A stretch of DNA of 39,159 bases. Origin: an uncultured Halobacteria archaeon (lineage in GTDB: Archaea > Halobacteriota > Syntropharchaeia > Alkanophagales > Methanospirareceae). Shown in pieces: positions 1 through 8,808 of this stretch. Position 1 is the stretch's first letter, and each line of letters begins with the position of its first letter. Below the pieces are notes generated by a model that was not told the origin of the DNA, made no database searches, and saw only the letters and a list, made by a program, of their open reading frames with translations. The DNA is taken from contig CAZFWT010000004.1 in NCBI GenBank assembly GCA_964522635.1, forward strand, positions 11,657 through 50,815, given 5' to 3'. The translations under genes and the position numbers were made by a program.

Positions 1-737
1 GGTATGGCCAGGGTGGACTTCTCACGCCAGAAATCGAGCACGTTGATGAGCCCGGCCGGGATGACGATTGCGATTATGACGGCACGCATGACTGGCGTGA
101 TGCCCGAGAGGAGGTAGAACTCCAGGATTCCAAACCCCACGATCACGTGCGTGGCGAACACACTGGCAATGAAGGTGAGGCCGATGATCAGCACGCCACG
201 CTTCGACTTTACCATGAGCAGCGAGGCAAGCAGAACGATCAAAACGGCGAACCCACAGGGGTTGATGCCCTCGACCAGCGCCGTTCCGATAAGCATGAGA
301 AGCAAAGAAGGATCGTTCGTCTCCTGGTCGCCCGTTTCCCCGACCACTGCACGAGGATCAGGGCATTCGTGCTCCATGCAGTACGCGAGCTCAGCCGCAA
401 GCCGCTCCTTCGTCAACTCGTAGCCGATTAAGGCCGTCGTACCGACGAACGCCGCCGGTATATCCACCGCAGGGGGGTTGTACGCCAGAATGAACTTGTT
501 AAAGAGGTCGCTGTTGCTTTCATTACGTGAGATCTCAAACTTGTAAAGCTCAAGCTGTGGGTAGACCGCTTCAAGCTCTTCGATCTGCGGGGTTATCTCC
601 TTGCAGTGCGCACAATCCGCGCCGTAGAAGTAGTAGACCGGAACCGAGCCCTGTGCCGCTGCGCCGAAGGGAAAAACGAGCGCGGTAAGCAGAACGAGCG
701 CAAGAGCGAGTGCGTGGGGTAATCGTGATACTGCCAT
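1..737 (-). CDS. Thioredoxin-like CxxC domain fused to a CcdA/DsbD-type membrane thiol-disulfide transporter (3' end runs off the window)
   Basis: Absent from the ORF track because it has no stop inside the window. My reverse-strand translation from the ATG at 735-737 reads MAVSRLPHALALALVLLTALVFPFGAAAQGSVPVYYFYGADCAHCKEITPQIEELEAVYP..., i.e. a signal peptide and a CAHC thioredoxin motif. It continues ...LMLIGTALVEGINPCGFAVLIVLLASLLMV..., i.e. the CcdA NPC motif and hydrophobic helices. The + strand ORFs 147-431 and 151-423 are shadow ORFs. Confidence 0.7.
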   Translation of the reverse strand, partial: MAVSRLPHALALALVLLTALVFPFGAAAQGSVPVYYFYGADCAHCKEITPQIEELEAVYPQLELYKFEISRNESNSDLFNKFILAYNPPAVDIPAAFVGTTALIGYELTKERLAAELAYCMEHECPDPRAVVGETGDQETNDPSLLLMLIGTALVEGINPCGFAVLIVLLASLLMVKSKRGVLIIGLTFIASVFATHVIVGFGILEFYLLSGITPVMRAVIIAIVIPAGLINVLDFWREKSTLAI

Positions 738-814
738 TCCCGTGTTTCGCTGCAGCGTCTTTGCTGGTCTCATCGGGGATTCGCTCCGGCCTCGCACCTG
801 CCTCGCCCGGTAAG

Positions 815-828
815 TTCACTTATATCTT
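815..828 (+). promoter_or_regulatory. TATA-like box upstream of ycaO
   Basis: cacttatatc is centred about 32 nt upstream of the ATG at 855, consistent with an archaeal promoter giving a very short leader. Confidence 0.35.
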
Positions 829-854
829 GGAAGACTAAGTACCTATTAGGCAGC

Positions 855-2078
855 ATGGAACTTAAGTCCTGCATCAAGCGATACAAGCGGGGTACGCACC
901 GTGCAGTGCCACCTGCGGAGACTTTGAGCCGCGTGGAGCCGAAGTTGCCAGCTGCTGGTGTGACTGAGGTTACCGACATCACCGGACTTGATCGAATAGG
1001 GATACCGGTGTTTATCAGCCTCCGCCCGACTGCGGCGAGCAGCGCGGTGACCGTCCACAACGGTAAAGGGACAACACCAGAAGAAGCACAGGTCTCCGCA
1101 ATCATGGAAGCAATCGAGCGCTGCTCGGCGGAAGTGGGTGACCGTGAGCTGGTGGTGGAGAGCTATGCAAGCCTGCAGAAGCGTGAGCAGGTGATGAACC
1201 CCTACGACTTGATTCTTCCCGGTTATGTGCGAGACGTCGAGAGCATACGCATCCCGTGGGTGGAAGGGTACGATCTGCTGCAGGATGAATCGATCTACGT
1301 GCCGGCCAATGCGGTCTTTCACCCCTTATCGCCATACGACCGAAACAGACTGTTCCGCACGAATACGAACGGGTTGGCGGGAGGTAATGAGCTGGAAGAG
1401 GCGATTTTTCACGGGCTCGCGGAAGTGATCGAGCGTGATGCGTGGTCGCTGGTGGAGATTACACGGGATACGGGGCCCGCGGTGCGTGTAGCGGATTGCG
1501 AGATTAGCTCGCTTGTCGATAAATTCCTGAACGTTTCTGTTTCCGTGCTCATACGCGAGATCACGAGCGACGTTGGGGTGCCGACCTTCGCCGCAGTCTC
1601 TGACGATGAGCAGTTAAAAGACCCTACGCTGCTCACCATTGGGATGGGCACGCACACGGATGCGAGCGTGGCGATCAAGCGTGCGATCACGGAGGTGGCG
1701 CAGAGCAGACTGACGCAGATTCATGGTGCGCGCAGCGGATCGCCTGCAACGGCTATGAACAGGCTCATGGGTTACGAGTGGATGCGCAAGCAGAACCAGC
1801 ACTGGTTCGAGGTGGCGAGGGATGAGGATTTTGCCTCCGCTGCGGCGCGATCGCTGGACACCAACGATTTCCTCGAGGACATCAATCACGTGTTGACGCG
1901 GCTCAAAGAGCGGGGATTTGAACGTGTGATCGTGGTGAACTTGACGCAGGAGACAATTGGTGTACCGGTGGTGCGGGTCATTGTGCCGGGACTGGAGCTG
2001 TTTGGTGTCGACGGCGATCGGATCGGAGAGCGGTGCAAGGCGGCGCGAAGGGCTCGTTCGTCCGGTACATCATCTTAA
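855..2078 (+). CDS. ycaO: YcaO-family ATP-dependent amide activator (methanogenesis marker 1 type; McrA thioglycine formation)
   Basis: 407 aa. N-terminal region reads ...GLDRIGIPVFISLRP...VHNGKGTTPEEAQVSAIMEAIERCSAE.... Core reads ...NTNGLAGGNELEEAIFHGLAEVIERDAWSL.... Both are typical of stand-alone YcaO proteins of methanogens. Confidence 0.85.
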   Translation: MELKSCIKRYKRGTHRAVPPAETLSRVEPKLPAAGVTEVTDITGLDRIGIPVFISLRPTAASSAVTVHNGKGTTPEEAQVSAIMEAIERCSAEVGDRELVVESYASLQKREQVMNPYDLILPGYVRDVESIRIPWVEGYDLLQDESIYVPANAVFHPLSPYDRNRLFRTNTNGLAGGNELEEAIFHGLAEVIERDAWSLVEITRDTGPAVRVADCEISSLVDKFLNVSVSVLIREITSDVGVPTFAAVSDDEQLKDPTLLTIGMGTHTDASVAIKRAITEVAQSRLTQIHGARSGSPATAMNRLMGYEWMRKQNQHWFEVARDEDFASAAARSLDTNDFLEDINHVLTRLKERGFERVIVVNLTQETIGVPVVRVIVPGLELFGVDGDRIGERCKAARRARSSGTSS

Positions 2079-2150
2079 TTACTGGGCCAGGTAGCCAAAG
2101 AGGCCGTCCCGTCCCGAAGGAAGGCACGCGATCACTCACCTATTCTTTCC

Positions 2151-2741
2151 TCAGTCTATCAGGAGTAGCCCGAAGAAGGCGATTTTCTCGTCCGGTGAGG
2201 TAAGCACCTCGAGCTCGTAGCCGGCATCGCGCACCGTTGTGATGACGTCGATCCCACAGGCTTCCATCGCGGGCCGCACTTTGTCTTGGTGCTCGCAGAA
2301 TCGCTTTGCTACCTGATCCAGCTCAAAGCCTTCGCGTTCCGGCAAGCAGTCCTCGCAGTACGTACAGGGCAGTGCAACCATGGCAAACGCCTTGTAATAG
2401 CCGGACAGAAAGGCATACCGCTCCAATTCGAACATCGTGTCGTGCATGGTCCGAATTGCATCCCAGAGATAGTGATGGATGCGGATCGGTGGCACGTTAT
2501 AGTTTGGGGTCACCTCGAAGCGCGCGACGAGCGCGCGCTCATAGCACTGGATCAGCCGGCGCGTCTCCTCCACCGATGGCGTATACGGCGGGCAGCTCAG
2601 ATGTTTACCGTATGCCCTGCACCCATACTGGCACTTCCAGCGTACCCAGTCCGCGACCGCAATGATCTCGGTCGAGATGAGCTTGAAATCTGCATGTATG
2701 GCCTTTAACCCGTCCAGTAACGTAGCGAACTCTTTCTTCAT
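2151..2741 (-). CDS. DUF2284-type predicted metal-binding protein
   Basis: 196 aa with a Cys-rich pattern: WKCQYGCRAYGKHLSCPPYTP ... CTYCEDC ... recalled as the DUF2284 signature. Confidence 0.55.
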   Translation of the reverse strand: MKKEFATLLDGLKAIHADFKLISTEIIAVADWVRWKCQYGCRAYGKHLSCPPYTPSVEETRRLIQCYERALVARFEVTPNYNVPPIRIHHYLWDAIRTMHDTMFELERYAFLSGYYKAFAMVALPCTYCEDCLPEREGFELDQVAKRFCEHQDKVRPAMEACGIDVITTVRDAGYELEVLTSPDEKIAFFGLLLID

Positions 2742-2836
2742 CTTCGCGCTACCTGTAATGAGAAGAATAGACCAAGCTCAGCCAGAGCGTTTCGGCTGTT
2801 ACGGCTACTGCTCAGGCAGGCCTCCAAGGCCCTTCC

Positions 2837-2989
2837 TTATGCCTTCTCGACGTTCTCTGACATGCACGACGGGCAAACGACCTTCTCGCCTAGTGCATCG
2901 AACTTATTGCCGCAGTCGTTGCACTTGTACCGCTCGACCGGCAACTGCTCAATCTCGAGGTCGAAATCCCCGCCTCCTGCACTGCACAT
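2837..2989 (-). CDS. Small zinc-ribbon protein (50 aa, below ORF-track cutoff)
   Basis: My translation is MCSAGGGDFDLEIEQLPVERYKCNDCGNKFDALGEKVVCPSCMSENVEKA. It has two CxxC pairs. It sits in the 348-nt gap between hyuB and the DUF2284 gene on the same strand. In-frame GTG/TTG codons lie just upstream. Confidence 0.45.
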   Translation of the reverse strand: MCSAGGGDFDLEIEQLPVERYKCNDCGNKFDALGEKVVCPSCMSENVEKA

Positions 2990-3089
2990 TGCGATCACCA
3001 ACACCTTTTCCGGTACTTGCTCAATAGGGCGCTGCGGACATATAAGCTTGACGCTTTAGATTTGAGACTGCTCGCTCAGTGAGCGGTCT

Positions 3090-4661
3090 TCACTGAACTG
3101 CGCCATAGCCACCGCCGCCCGGCGTCTCAATCACCACCAGATCACCCTGCTCAAGCGGCATTGTTACCTTTGCTGGGAGATCCGATCGCGTCCCGTGTCG
3201 CAGTAGATAGTTCTGCCCTGCTCTCCCATCCGCGCCGCCGTCCAAGCCCTGAGGCGGATATTTACGACGATCTGATTGAATCGAGAGCGTCGCGTGATCG
3301 GTCATTATCCGTATAGCCCGTCGAATACCCTGACCACCGGTGAACCTGCCAGCTCCTCCGGATCCTGGGATGAGCTCGTATGCCTCGATCCGCAAGGGAT
3401 AGGAGAGCTCTAAGGCTTCAATCGGTGTATTCGCCGTGTTGGTCATGTGGGTGTGGATCCCGTCCTCGCCGTCTTTATAGGGCAACGCACCCTGACCACC
3501 AGCAATGGTCTCGTAATAGGTGAAGCACTTATCGGAATCTCCGATCCGGCCGCCGATGGCCACATTGTTCATCGTGCCCTGTGATTGCGCCGGTATCTTA
3601 TGGGGCAGCGCTTTGTGGAGGGCGAGGAGGAGAACGTCCACGATTCGTTGCGCGGTCTCGACATTCCCGCTGGCCACTGCTGCTGGGTGTACGGGATTCA
3701 GTACAGTTCCCACGGGCACGTGGACGGTTACCGGGAGATAGCAGCCATAATTCGGCGGAATTTCTGGATCGGTCACGGCGCGCAGAACATAATAGACTGC
3801 AGAGAGTGTTACCGCGTATGGTGCGTTAATATTCCCGGCTCGCTGGCGATCGGTGCCTTCAAAGTCGATCGCGATCGCGTCATCAGTGATGGTCACGGCC
3901 ACCGCGAGTTTTACCGGCGCTTCGATAATGCCATCGTCATCCAGAAGGTCCTCTGCCGTGAAGGTCCCTTTGGGCATCACTGCGATCGCGTGCCGCATCC
4001 GTCGCTCGCTGTACGCATTGATGCTTTTCGTGAACTCCTTATACGTAGCCATACTGTATTTACTGATGAGCTCGACCACGCGCCGATCGCCCAGGTTATT
4101 CGCCGCGATCTGCGCCCGTATATCACCAATACGTTCGGTCGGGGTGCGTGTATTCGAGCTGATAAGCGCGAAGACATCTCGATTCTCCTGGCCGCGGGCG
4201 ACCAGCATACAGGGCGGTATGATAAGGCCCTCCTGGAAGATATCTGTGCTCTTCCCCGGCATTGACCCGGGCGAGATGCCACCGATGTCCGCATGGTGCG
4301 CCCGGTTGACGACATACCCGGCGATCACTTCCGCAAAAAAGACCGGCTTGATCACCGTAAGATCAGGAAGGTGCGAGCCACCGTGATACGGATCGTTCAC
4401 CACGATCTGGTCCTCTTCCTGTAATTCCGGAAACTTGGGGATTGCGAGTTCGACGGTGAGCGGCATCGCACCGAGATGGACGGGGATATGCTCGGCCTGA
4501 GCCAGCATTCTCCCCTGCGCGTCAAAGATCGCGCAGGACGCGTCCATCCGCTCCTTGATGTTCGGTGAGTACGCCGTGCGCTTCAGCACAGCGCCCATCT
4601 CCTCGGGCACGGCGGACAAGGCATTCTTCACGAGCTCCAGCAGCACGGGGTTCATCGCCAT
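3090..4661 (-). CDS. hyuB: Hydantoinase B / oxoprolinase family, B subunit
   Basis: 523 aa. Begins MAMNPVLLELVKNALSAVPEEMGAVLKRTAYSPNIKERMDASCAIFDAQGRMLAQAEHIPVHLGAM..., a typical HyuB N-terminus. Confidence 0.85.
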   Translation of the reverse strand: MAMNPVLLELVKNALSAVPEEMGAVLKRTAYSPNIKERMDASCAIFDAQGRMLAQAEHIPVHLGAMPLTVELAIPKFPELQEEDQIVVNDPYHGGSHLPDLTVIKPVFFAEVIAGYVVNRAHHADIGGISPGSMPGKSTDIFQEGLIIPPCMLVARGQENRDVFALISSNTRTPTERIGDIRAQIAANNLGDRRVVELISKYSMATYKEFTKSINAYSERRMRHAIAVMPKGTFTAEDLLDDDGIIEAPVKLAVAVTITDDAIAIDFEGTDRQRAGNINAPYAVTLSAVYYVLRAVTDPEIPPNYGCYLPVTVHVPVGTVLNPVHPAAVASGNVETAQRIVDVLLLALHKALPHKIPAQSQGTMNNVAIGGRIGDSDKCFTYYETIAGGQGALPYKDGEDGIHTHMTNTANTPIEALELSYPLRIEAYELIPGSGGAGRFTGGQGIRRAIRIMTDHATLSIQSDRRKYPPQGLDGGADGRAGQNYLLRHGTRSDLPAKVTMPLEQGDLVVIETPGGGGYGAVQ

Positions 4662-4705
4662 TCACTTTCAGTCCGCGTATATCTTGGTCTTGGCTTGAAC
4701 ATCGT

Positions 4706-5356
4706 TCATTTCCGCGCACGTATCACGACAAAGCCGCCGGCTCCGTAGCCCGATCGTACAGGCTCTCGCTCATGTATCTCATCCAAGGGGTGATAAATCG
4801 TTTGGGTGAACTGGAAATCGGAAAACCCCGCAGCCTTCAGGTGGAGCACAATTTCGTCCACCGAATAAAAGGTCGCCAGCCGAAAATATGGATTTGCCTG
4901 TCGCTTCTGCTGATAGTGCCGCCCCAGCGCGCTTTGTCTATCGATAAGGCCAATGACCAGCCGTCCACCGGGTTGGAGAACCCGATAGGCCTCTTGGAGT
5001 GCTGTATCAAGCTCCTCGATGAAGCAGACAACGGTGACCATGAGCGCGCAGTCGAACTGCGCATCGCGAAAGGGAAGCGCCTCTGCGAGACCGATAATGA
5101 TCTCAAGTCCTCGCCGTCGCGCGAGCTTCCCCATCTCCCGTGACGGCTCCACGCCTAAAGGGATCTCCAACGGCGCAGCGAACCGCCCGGTGCCCACGCC
5201 GATTTCGAGCACCATGCTGCATTTGTCCAGCTGCTTCTGCACCGCCAAGAGCTCTGATTCGTAGACATACGGGTAACGCTCGAACCAGGTATCATAGCGT
5301 ACTGCATGCGCCTCAAACGGCGCTATCTTTGGCATCCTGCGTGTCGTACGGTTCAT
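4706..5356 (-). CDS. Class I SAM-dependent methyltransferase (Methyltransf_11/UbiE-like)
   Basis: 216 aa. Motif I reads VLEIGVGTGRFA, with post-I ...LPFRDAQFDCALMVTVVCFI... and ...LQPGGRLVIG.... An alternative start is M8 at 5335. Confidence 0.75.
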   Translation of the reverse strand: MNRTTRRMPKIAPFEAHAVRYDTWFERYPYVYESELLAVQKQLDKCSMVLEIGVGTGRFAAPLEIPLGVEPSREMGKLARRRGLEIIIGLAEALPFRDAQFDCALMVTVVCFIEELDTALQEAYRVLQPGGRLVIGLIDRQSALGRHYQQKRQANPYFRLATFYSVDEIVLHLKAAGFSDFQFTQTIYHPLDEIHEREPVRSGYGAGGFVVIRARK

Positions 5357-5458
5357 TCATTCATTCATCCCCGAAGAGAAGATTGGTCATGGATACGGAA
5401 CAACTTTTTGGTTCGAGCACTGAGCCGCCACGCATCACCCTAGAGCTTACCAGTCGCG

Positions 5459-6283
5459 CTACAGCTTCGCAATCACCGCTAAGAAGCGCTCCAGCACGGT
5501 TAATACCATTCCCCGCAGCTCTTCAAGTCGTCGCACAGAAACCTCAAGGGTCTGCGGCTCGAAATAGTGCTCTGAGAGATACAGGTTCCGGTTCAGCTCG
5601 ACCTGGATCCAGGGGGTACCACTGCTCCAGGAATGTGTCTGTGAGATGTAGCCACCGAGAAAGGGTGTGTTGAGCGCGACCCTGTCGTCGTCTTTCCCGT
5701 CAAAAACCTGTCGAAATGCGTCTGCGAGTATCTGCAGCCATTCTGGCGGGCACGTTATGGGGCCCTGTGTTGACGTTTGCCTGCCCCGGCCATCACCGCG
5801 GTTGCTCAAGCAGATGAGCGGTCTGCGTCTGCCGGGCTTATCGCTCGTCGGTGGCGACAACGGGAGCATACTGTGACAATCAAGCGCAAGGCGATGCTCG
5901 TGCTGATTCATGAGCAGCTCCAGGTTCCTATGGTAGGGGTAGTAATACTGCGCCAGCAAGTCGTTGATCAGTTCCTCTTCGGGGAACATCCCACGTTTGT
6001 AAACCTGCTTACCCAGGGCCGTTCTGATTTTGATGACGCCGTCCGGGTTCGCAGGTGGGCGGTCATCGGGCGCGCGGTTCACGTCAACGATTGCGCGTGC
6101 TATGGGGTTCTCGATAACCGCCGTGACATGCTCGCGGAGGTTGTAGATCTGGCGGGTAAAGGTGTCGGTGTCGAGAAAGATATCGCGCGACGTGAGCGCC
6201 ACGCGGTCATGCACCTCTGAAGGGATAGTATCACCTCCGTGCGGAATGGATATCAGGATAGGTAGTCGTGCGCGCATCAGCAT
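5459..6283 (-). CDS. N-formylglutamate amidohydrolase (FGase) family hydrolase
   Basis: The ORF extends to 6424, but that would overlap the hyuA 3' end. The internal start MLMRARLPILISIPHGGDTIPSEV... at 6283 fits the family N-terminus. Also has ...AIVDVNRAPDD... and ...LALDCHSM... motifs. Confidence 0.65.
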   Translation of the reverse strand: MLMRARLPILISIPHGGDTIPSEVHDRVALTSRDIFLDTDTFTRQIYNLREHVTAVIENPIARAIVDVNRAPDDRPPANPDGVIKIRTALGKQVYKRGMFPEEELINDLLAQYYYPYHRNLELLMNQHEHRLALDCHSMLPLSPPTSDKPGRRRPLICLSNRGDGRGRQTSTQGPITCPPEWLQILADAFRQVFDGKDDDRVALNTPFLGGYISQTHSWSSGTPWIQVELNRNLYLSEHYFEPQTLEVSVRRLEELRGMVLTVLERFLAVIAKL

Positions 6284-6416
6284 CCACCCTCTGTGACATT
6301 CTGCTTCGCGCCTGCTCGTCCACTGCGAAGCCCGCAAGATATGATAGATATGTATGTAGATAGCATAGCGTGTGCCAGCATATAGAGAGAGAACCACGGA
6401 GGATGGGAGCACTACT

Positions 6417-8393
6417 CTAGACACTAATGACGATATTCCCGTAGCCGTCCACCGCGAACCGCATGCCGGGCGGCACGACCGTGGTCGAATCCTTTGCAGC
6501 TATAATCGCTGGGCCTTCGAGCTCAACGTGCGCGGGCAACGCCGCTCGCCGGAAGATCGGCGTTCTCTGCCAGCCCTCTTCGAACAGAACAGCTCTATAT
6601 GCCTTGGGCTTCCCTGCTTTGCCCACAGGCACCGGAGGTGGTACCGGTTTCGAGCGGGGGACGAGCGCTCGCAATCGTATGGTCACCAGCTCAACGGCCT
6701 CAGCGGGCATCGCATAGCCGTAGCGCTTTTCATGCTCCTGATGATAGCGTGTCCGTGCGTCCGCAACGGTAGTGAAGTCCACGTTGAGCTCGTAGCTCTG
6801 GCCGAGATAGCGCATATCCACCGACGGTATCAGTGTTGCTTCGGTGAAGGCAATCCCCTGTTCCGCAAGCTCGTGCTCGGCGGCCACGGCAAATTCGCCC
6901 AGCGTCTCCTGCACCACTGCGTCCGCTTCTGTATCTCCCTCCTTCAGGCGCAGAAGGTGCGTGCGACTGTAATCCTGCTGCAGGTCAGAGACGAGGATAC
7001 CGTAGGCCGAGAAGACCCCGGAGGCGAAGGGGACGATTACTTTGGGTAGCCCTAATTCACGTGCCAGTGCCACCGCATGGACCGGGCCCGCACCGCCGAA
7101 CGCACACAAGGCGAAATCGCGCGTATCAAGCCCGCGCTCCACCGAGACCACGCGCAACGCCTTGATCATATTCGCGTTCACGATCTTCCAGACGCCCAGG
7201 ATTGTCTCCTCGAATGCGAGCCCGATCTCGTCTGCAAAGTGCTCCACGCGCCGTCTCGCCTTTCCCGCATCCAGGATCATCTCGCCGCCGAGAAAATATG
7301 ACGGATCGAGATAGCCGCACAAGAGATCGCAGTCGGTGACCGTGACATCGGTCCCGCCAAGATCGTAGCAGACGGGACCTGGAACAGCGCCCGCACTCCC
7401 GGGACCGACGCGTAACGCACCGCCTTCGTCGAGCCATGCAATGCTCCCGCCGCCCGCGCCAACTGTGACGATATCGACCATCGGCATCTTTATCGGGAGA
7501 CTGTTGATACTACCTTCTGACGTCCAGGATACTGACCCGTTGACGAGGGAAGAGACATCTGCACTCGTGCCGCCCATGTCAACGGTTATGACATTCTTCA
7601 GGCCGATGAGTGCGCTCAGGTAGCTTGCTGCCGCAACACCGCCCGCAGGACCTGAGAGCAGCATATTCACGGGTTTATGCTTCATCATCGCAGCCTTGAC
7701 GACCCCGCCATTAGATTGCATGATGTAAAACTGCTCCACGCCGTTCTGCCCCAACAGTCTTTCCATCCTGGTCAGGTAGCGTGCAACGATTCGCTTCAGG
7801 TACGCGTCCATGACCGTTGTGGACATCCGCTCGTACTCCCGGAATTCTGGTAAGACCTCCGAGGAGCAGGAGACAGAGAAGCCTTTTTCTACAAGAGCAT
7901 CACGTACCATCCACTCATTTCCCGGGTTCAGGAACGAGAACAAGAAGCAGATAGCGACTGAATCCAGTCCCCGCGCGCGCATCTGTTCAGCAACGGCCAC
8001 AATCTCCGCTTCAGCGGGCGCCATGAGGAGCTCTCCACACGATGAGACGCGCTCCGCGATCTCGAAGCACGCATCCGGAGCGACGAGCTGCGGTGAACGG
8101 CCCGCATCGAGCAGATACAGATCCGCACGCTGCTGTCGCCCGATCTGGAGCAGGGCGGCAAAACCCTTCGTTGTAAGCAGGCCGGTCTTCGCGCCCTTAC
8201 GTTCTAACACTGCATTCGTGGCCAGGGTCGTGCCATGCGAGAACACCGTAGCAGGTGCGCAGCGCGCCAACCCGGTCTCGATCGCGCGTTCAGGCTGGTC
8301 TGGCGTGGAGGGCACTTTACATGTCCGCATCCTGCCACCTTCGAGCACCACGAAATCCGTGAACGTCCCCCCGATATCAGTACTGATAGGCAT
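6417..8393 (-). CDS. hyuA: Hydantoinase A / oxoprolinase family, A subunit
   Basis: 658 aa. Begins MPISTDIGGTFTDFVVLEGG... (actin-fold phosphate-1 motif) and contains ...ITVDMGGTSADVS.... Confidence 0.85.
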   Translation of the reverse strand: MPISTDIGGTFTDFVVLEGGRMRTCKVPSTPDQPERAIETGLARCAPATVFSHGTTLATNAVLERKGAKTGLLTTKGFAALLQIGRQQRADLYLLDAGRSPQLVAPDACFEIAERVSSCGELLMAPAEAEIVAVAEQMRARGLDSVAICFLFSFLNPGNEWMVRDALVEKGFSVSCSSEVLPEFREYERMSTTVMDAYLKRIVARYLTRMERLLGQNGVEQFYIMQSNGGVVKAAMMKHKPVNMLLSGPAGGVAAASYLSALIGLKNVITVDMGGTSADVSSLVNGSVSWTSEGSINSLPIKMPMVDIVTVGAGGGSIAWLDEGGALRVGPGSAGAVPGPVCYDLGGTDVTVTDCDLLCGYLDPSYFLGGEMILDAGKARRRVEHFADEIGLAFEETILGVWKIVNANMIKALRVVSVERGLDTRDFALCAFGGAGPVHAVALARELGLPKVIVPFASGVFSAYGILVSDLQQDYSRTHLLRLKEGDTEADAVVQETLGEFAVAAEHELAEQGIAFTEATLIPSVDMRYLGQSYELNVDFTTVADARTRYHQEHEKRYGYAMPAEAVELVTIRLRALVPRSKPVPPPVPVGKAGKPKAYRAVLFEEGWQRTPIFRRAALPAHVELEGPAIIAAKDSTTVVPPGMRFAVDGYGNIVISV

Positions 8394-8516
8394 GGCATTC
8401 TGTCTCTAGGTAGGACCTCATACCATTTGAGGGTTACCACGCCACGCGCGCTGCCGGGAAGGCGGGAAAACGCGTAAAACGCCGAGATCAACCTCCACGC
8501 CCCGATTGCTGGCTCA

Positions 8517-8526
8517 TTTATATATA
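8517..8526 (+). promoter_or_regulatory. TATA box (tttatatata) for the small gene starting at 8554
   Basis: A strong TATA element centred about 32 nt upstream of the ATG at 8554. It supports that start over the track start at 8506. Confidence 0.4.
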
Positions 8527-8553
8527 CCATGCAGTTCTTACTATAACTACGGC

Positions 8554-8787
8554 ATGCGAGAGAAAGAGGAATCCACCAAAGAGCGGCGTAACCGGTGGAT
8601 GGAACGGGAAGCACGCAAAGCTGATGAGCAGAAGCCCAAGCAGGGTGTCTGTGCGATCTGTGGTAAAGAGGTTATTGAGGGAGAATACATTGAGTATCAA
8701 GGAAGAATTCTTTGCGCAGACTGTTATCTGGCTGAATTAGAAGAGAGTGTTGATATCGGCACAGAAGACGGTTGTGGCGCAGGCTGA
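8554..8787 (+). CDS. Small zinc-ribbon protein with a highly charged N-terminus
   Basis: MREKEESTKERRNRWMEREARKADEQKPKQGVCAICGKEV...ILCADCYLAELEE. It has two CxxC pairs. The start was chosen from TATA spacing. Confidence 0.5.
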   Translation: MREKEESTKERRNRWMEREARKADEQKPKQGVCAICGKEVIEGEYIEYQGRILCADCYLAELEESVDIGTEDGCGAG

Positions 8788-8808
8788 GTGAGGAGCACCT
8801 AAAAGAAG

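Noticed and set aside
3585-4265. Long + strand ORFs (226, 177 and 82 aa, among others) inside the hyuB region.
   Set aside because: They are antisense to a well-supported HyuB gene. Their translations are Arg/Gly/Ser/Ala-rich low-complexity sequence typical of shadow ORFs in GC-rich DNA.
5352-5367. (TTCA)x4, i.e. (TGAA)x4 on the coding strand, overlapping the methyltransferase start. I considered it as a slipped-strand phase-variation switch.
   Set aside because: The in-frame ATG is part of the last repeat unit, so gain or loss of units does not change the reading frame. There are only four units, and an alternative start (M8) lies downstream.
6283-6424. Upstream 47 codons of the FGase-family ORF.
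   Set aside because: They would overlap the hyuA stop. They encode a sequence (MSRVVLPSSVVLSLYAGTRYAIYIHIYHIL...) unlike the family N-terminus, and the family-typical start follows M48.
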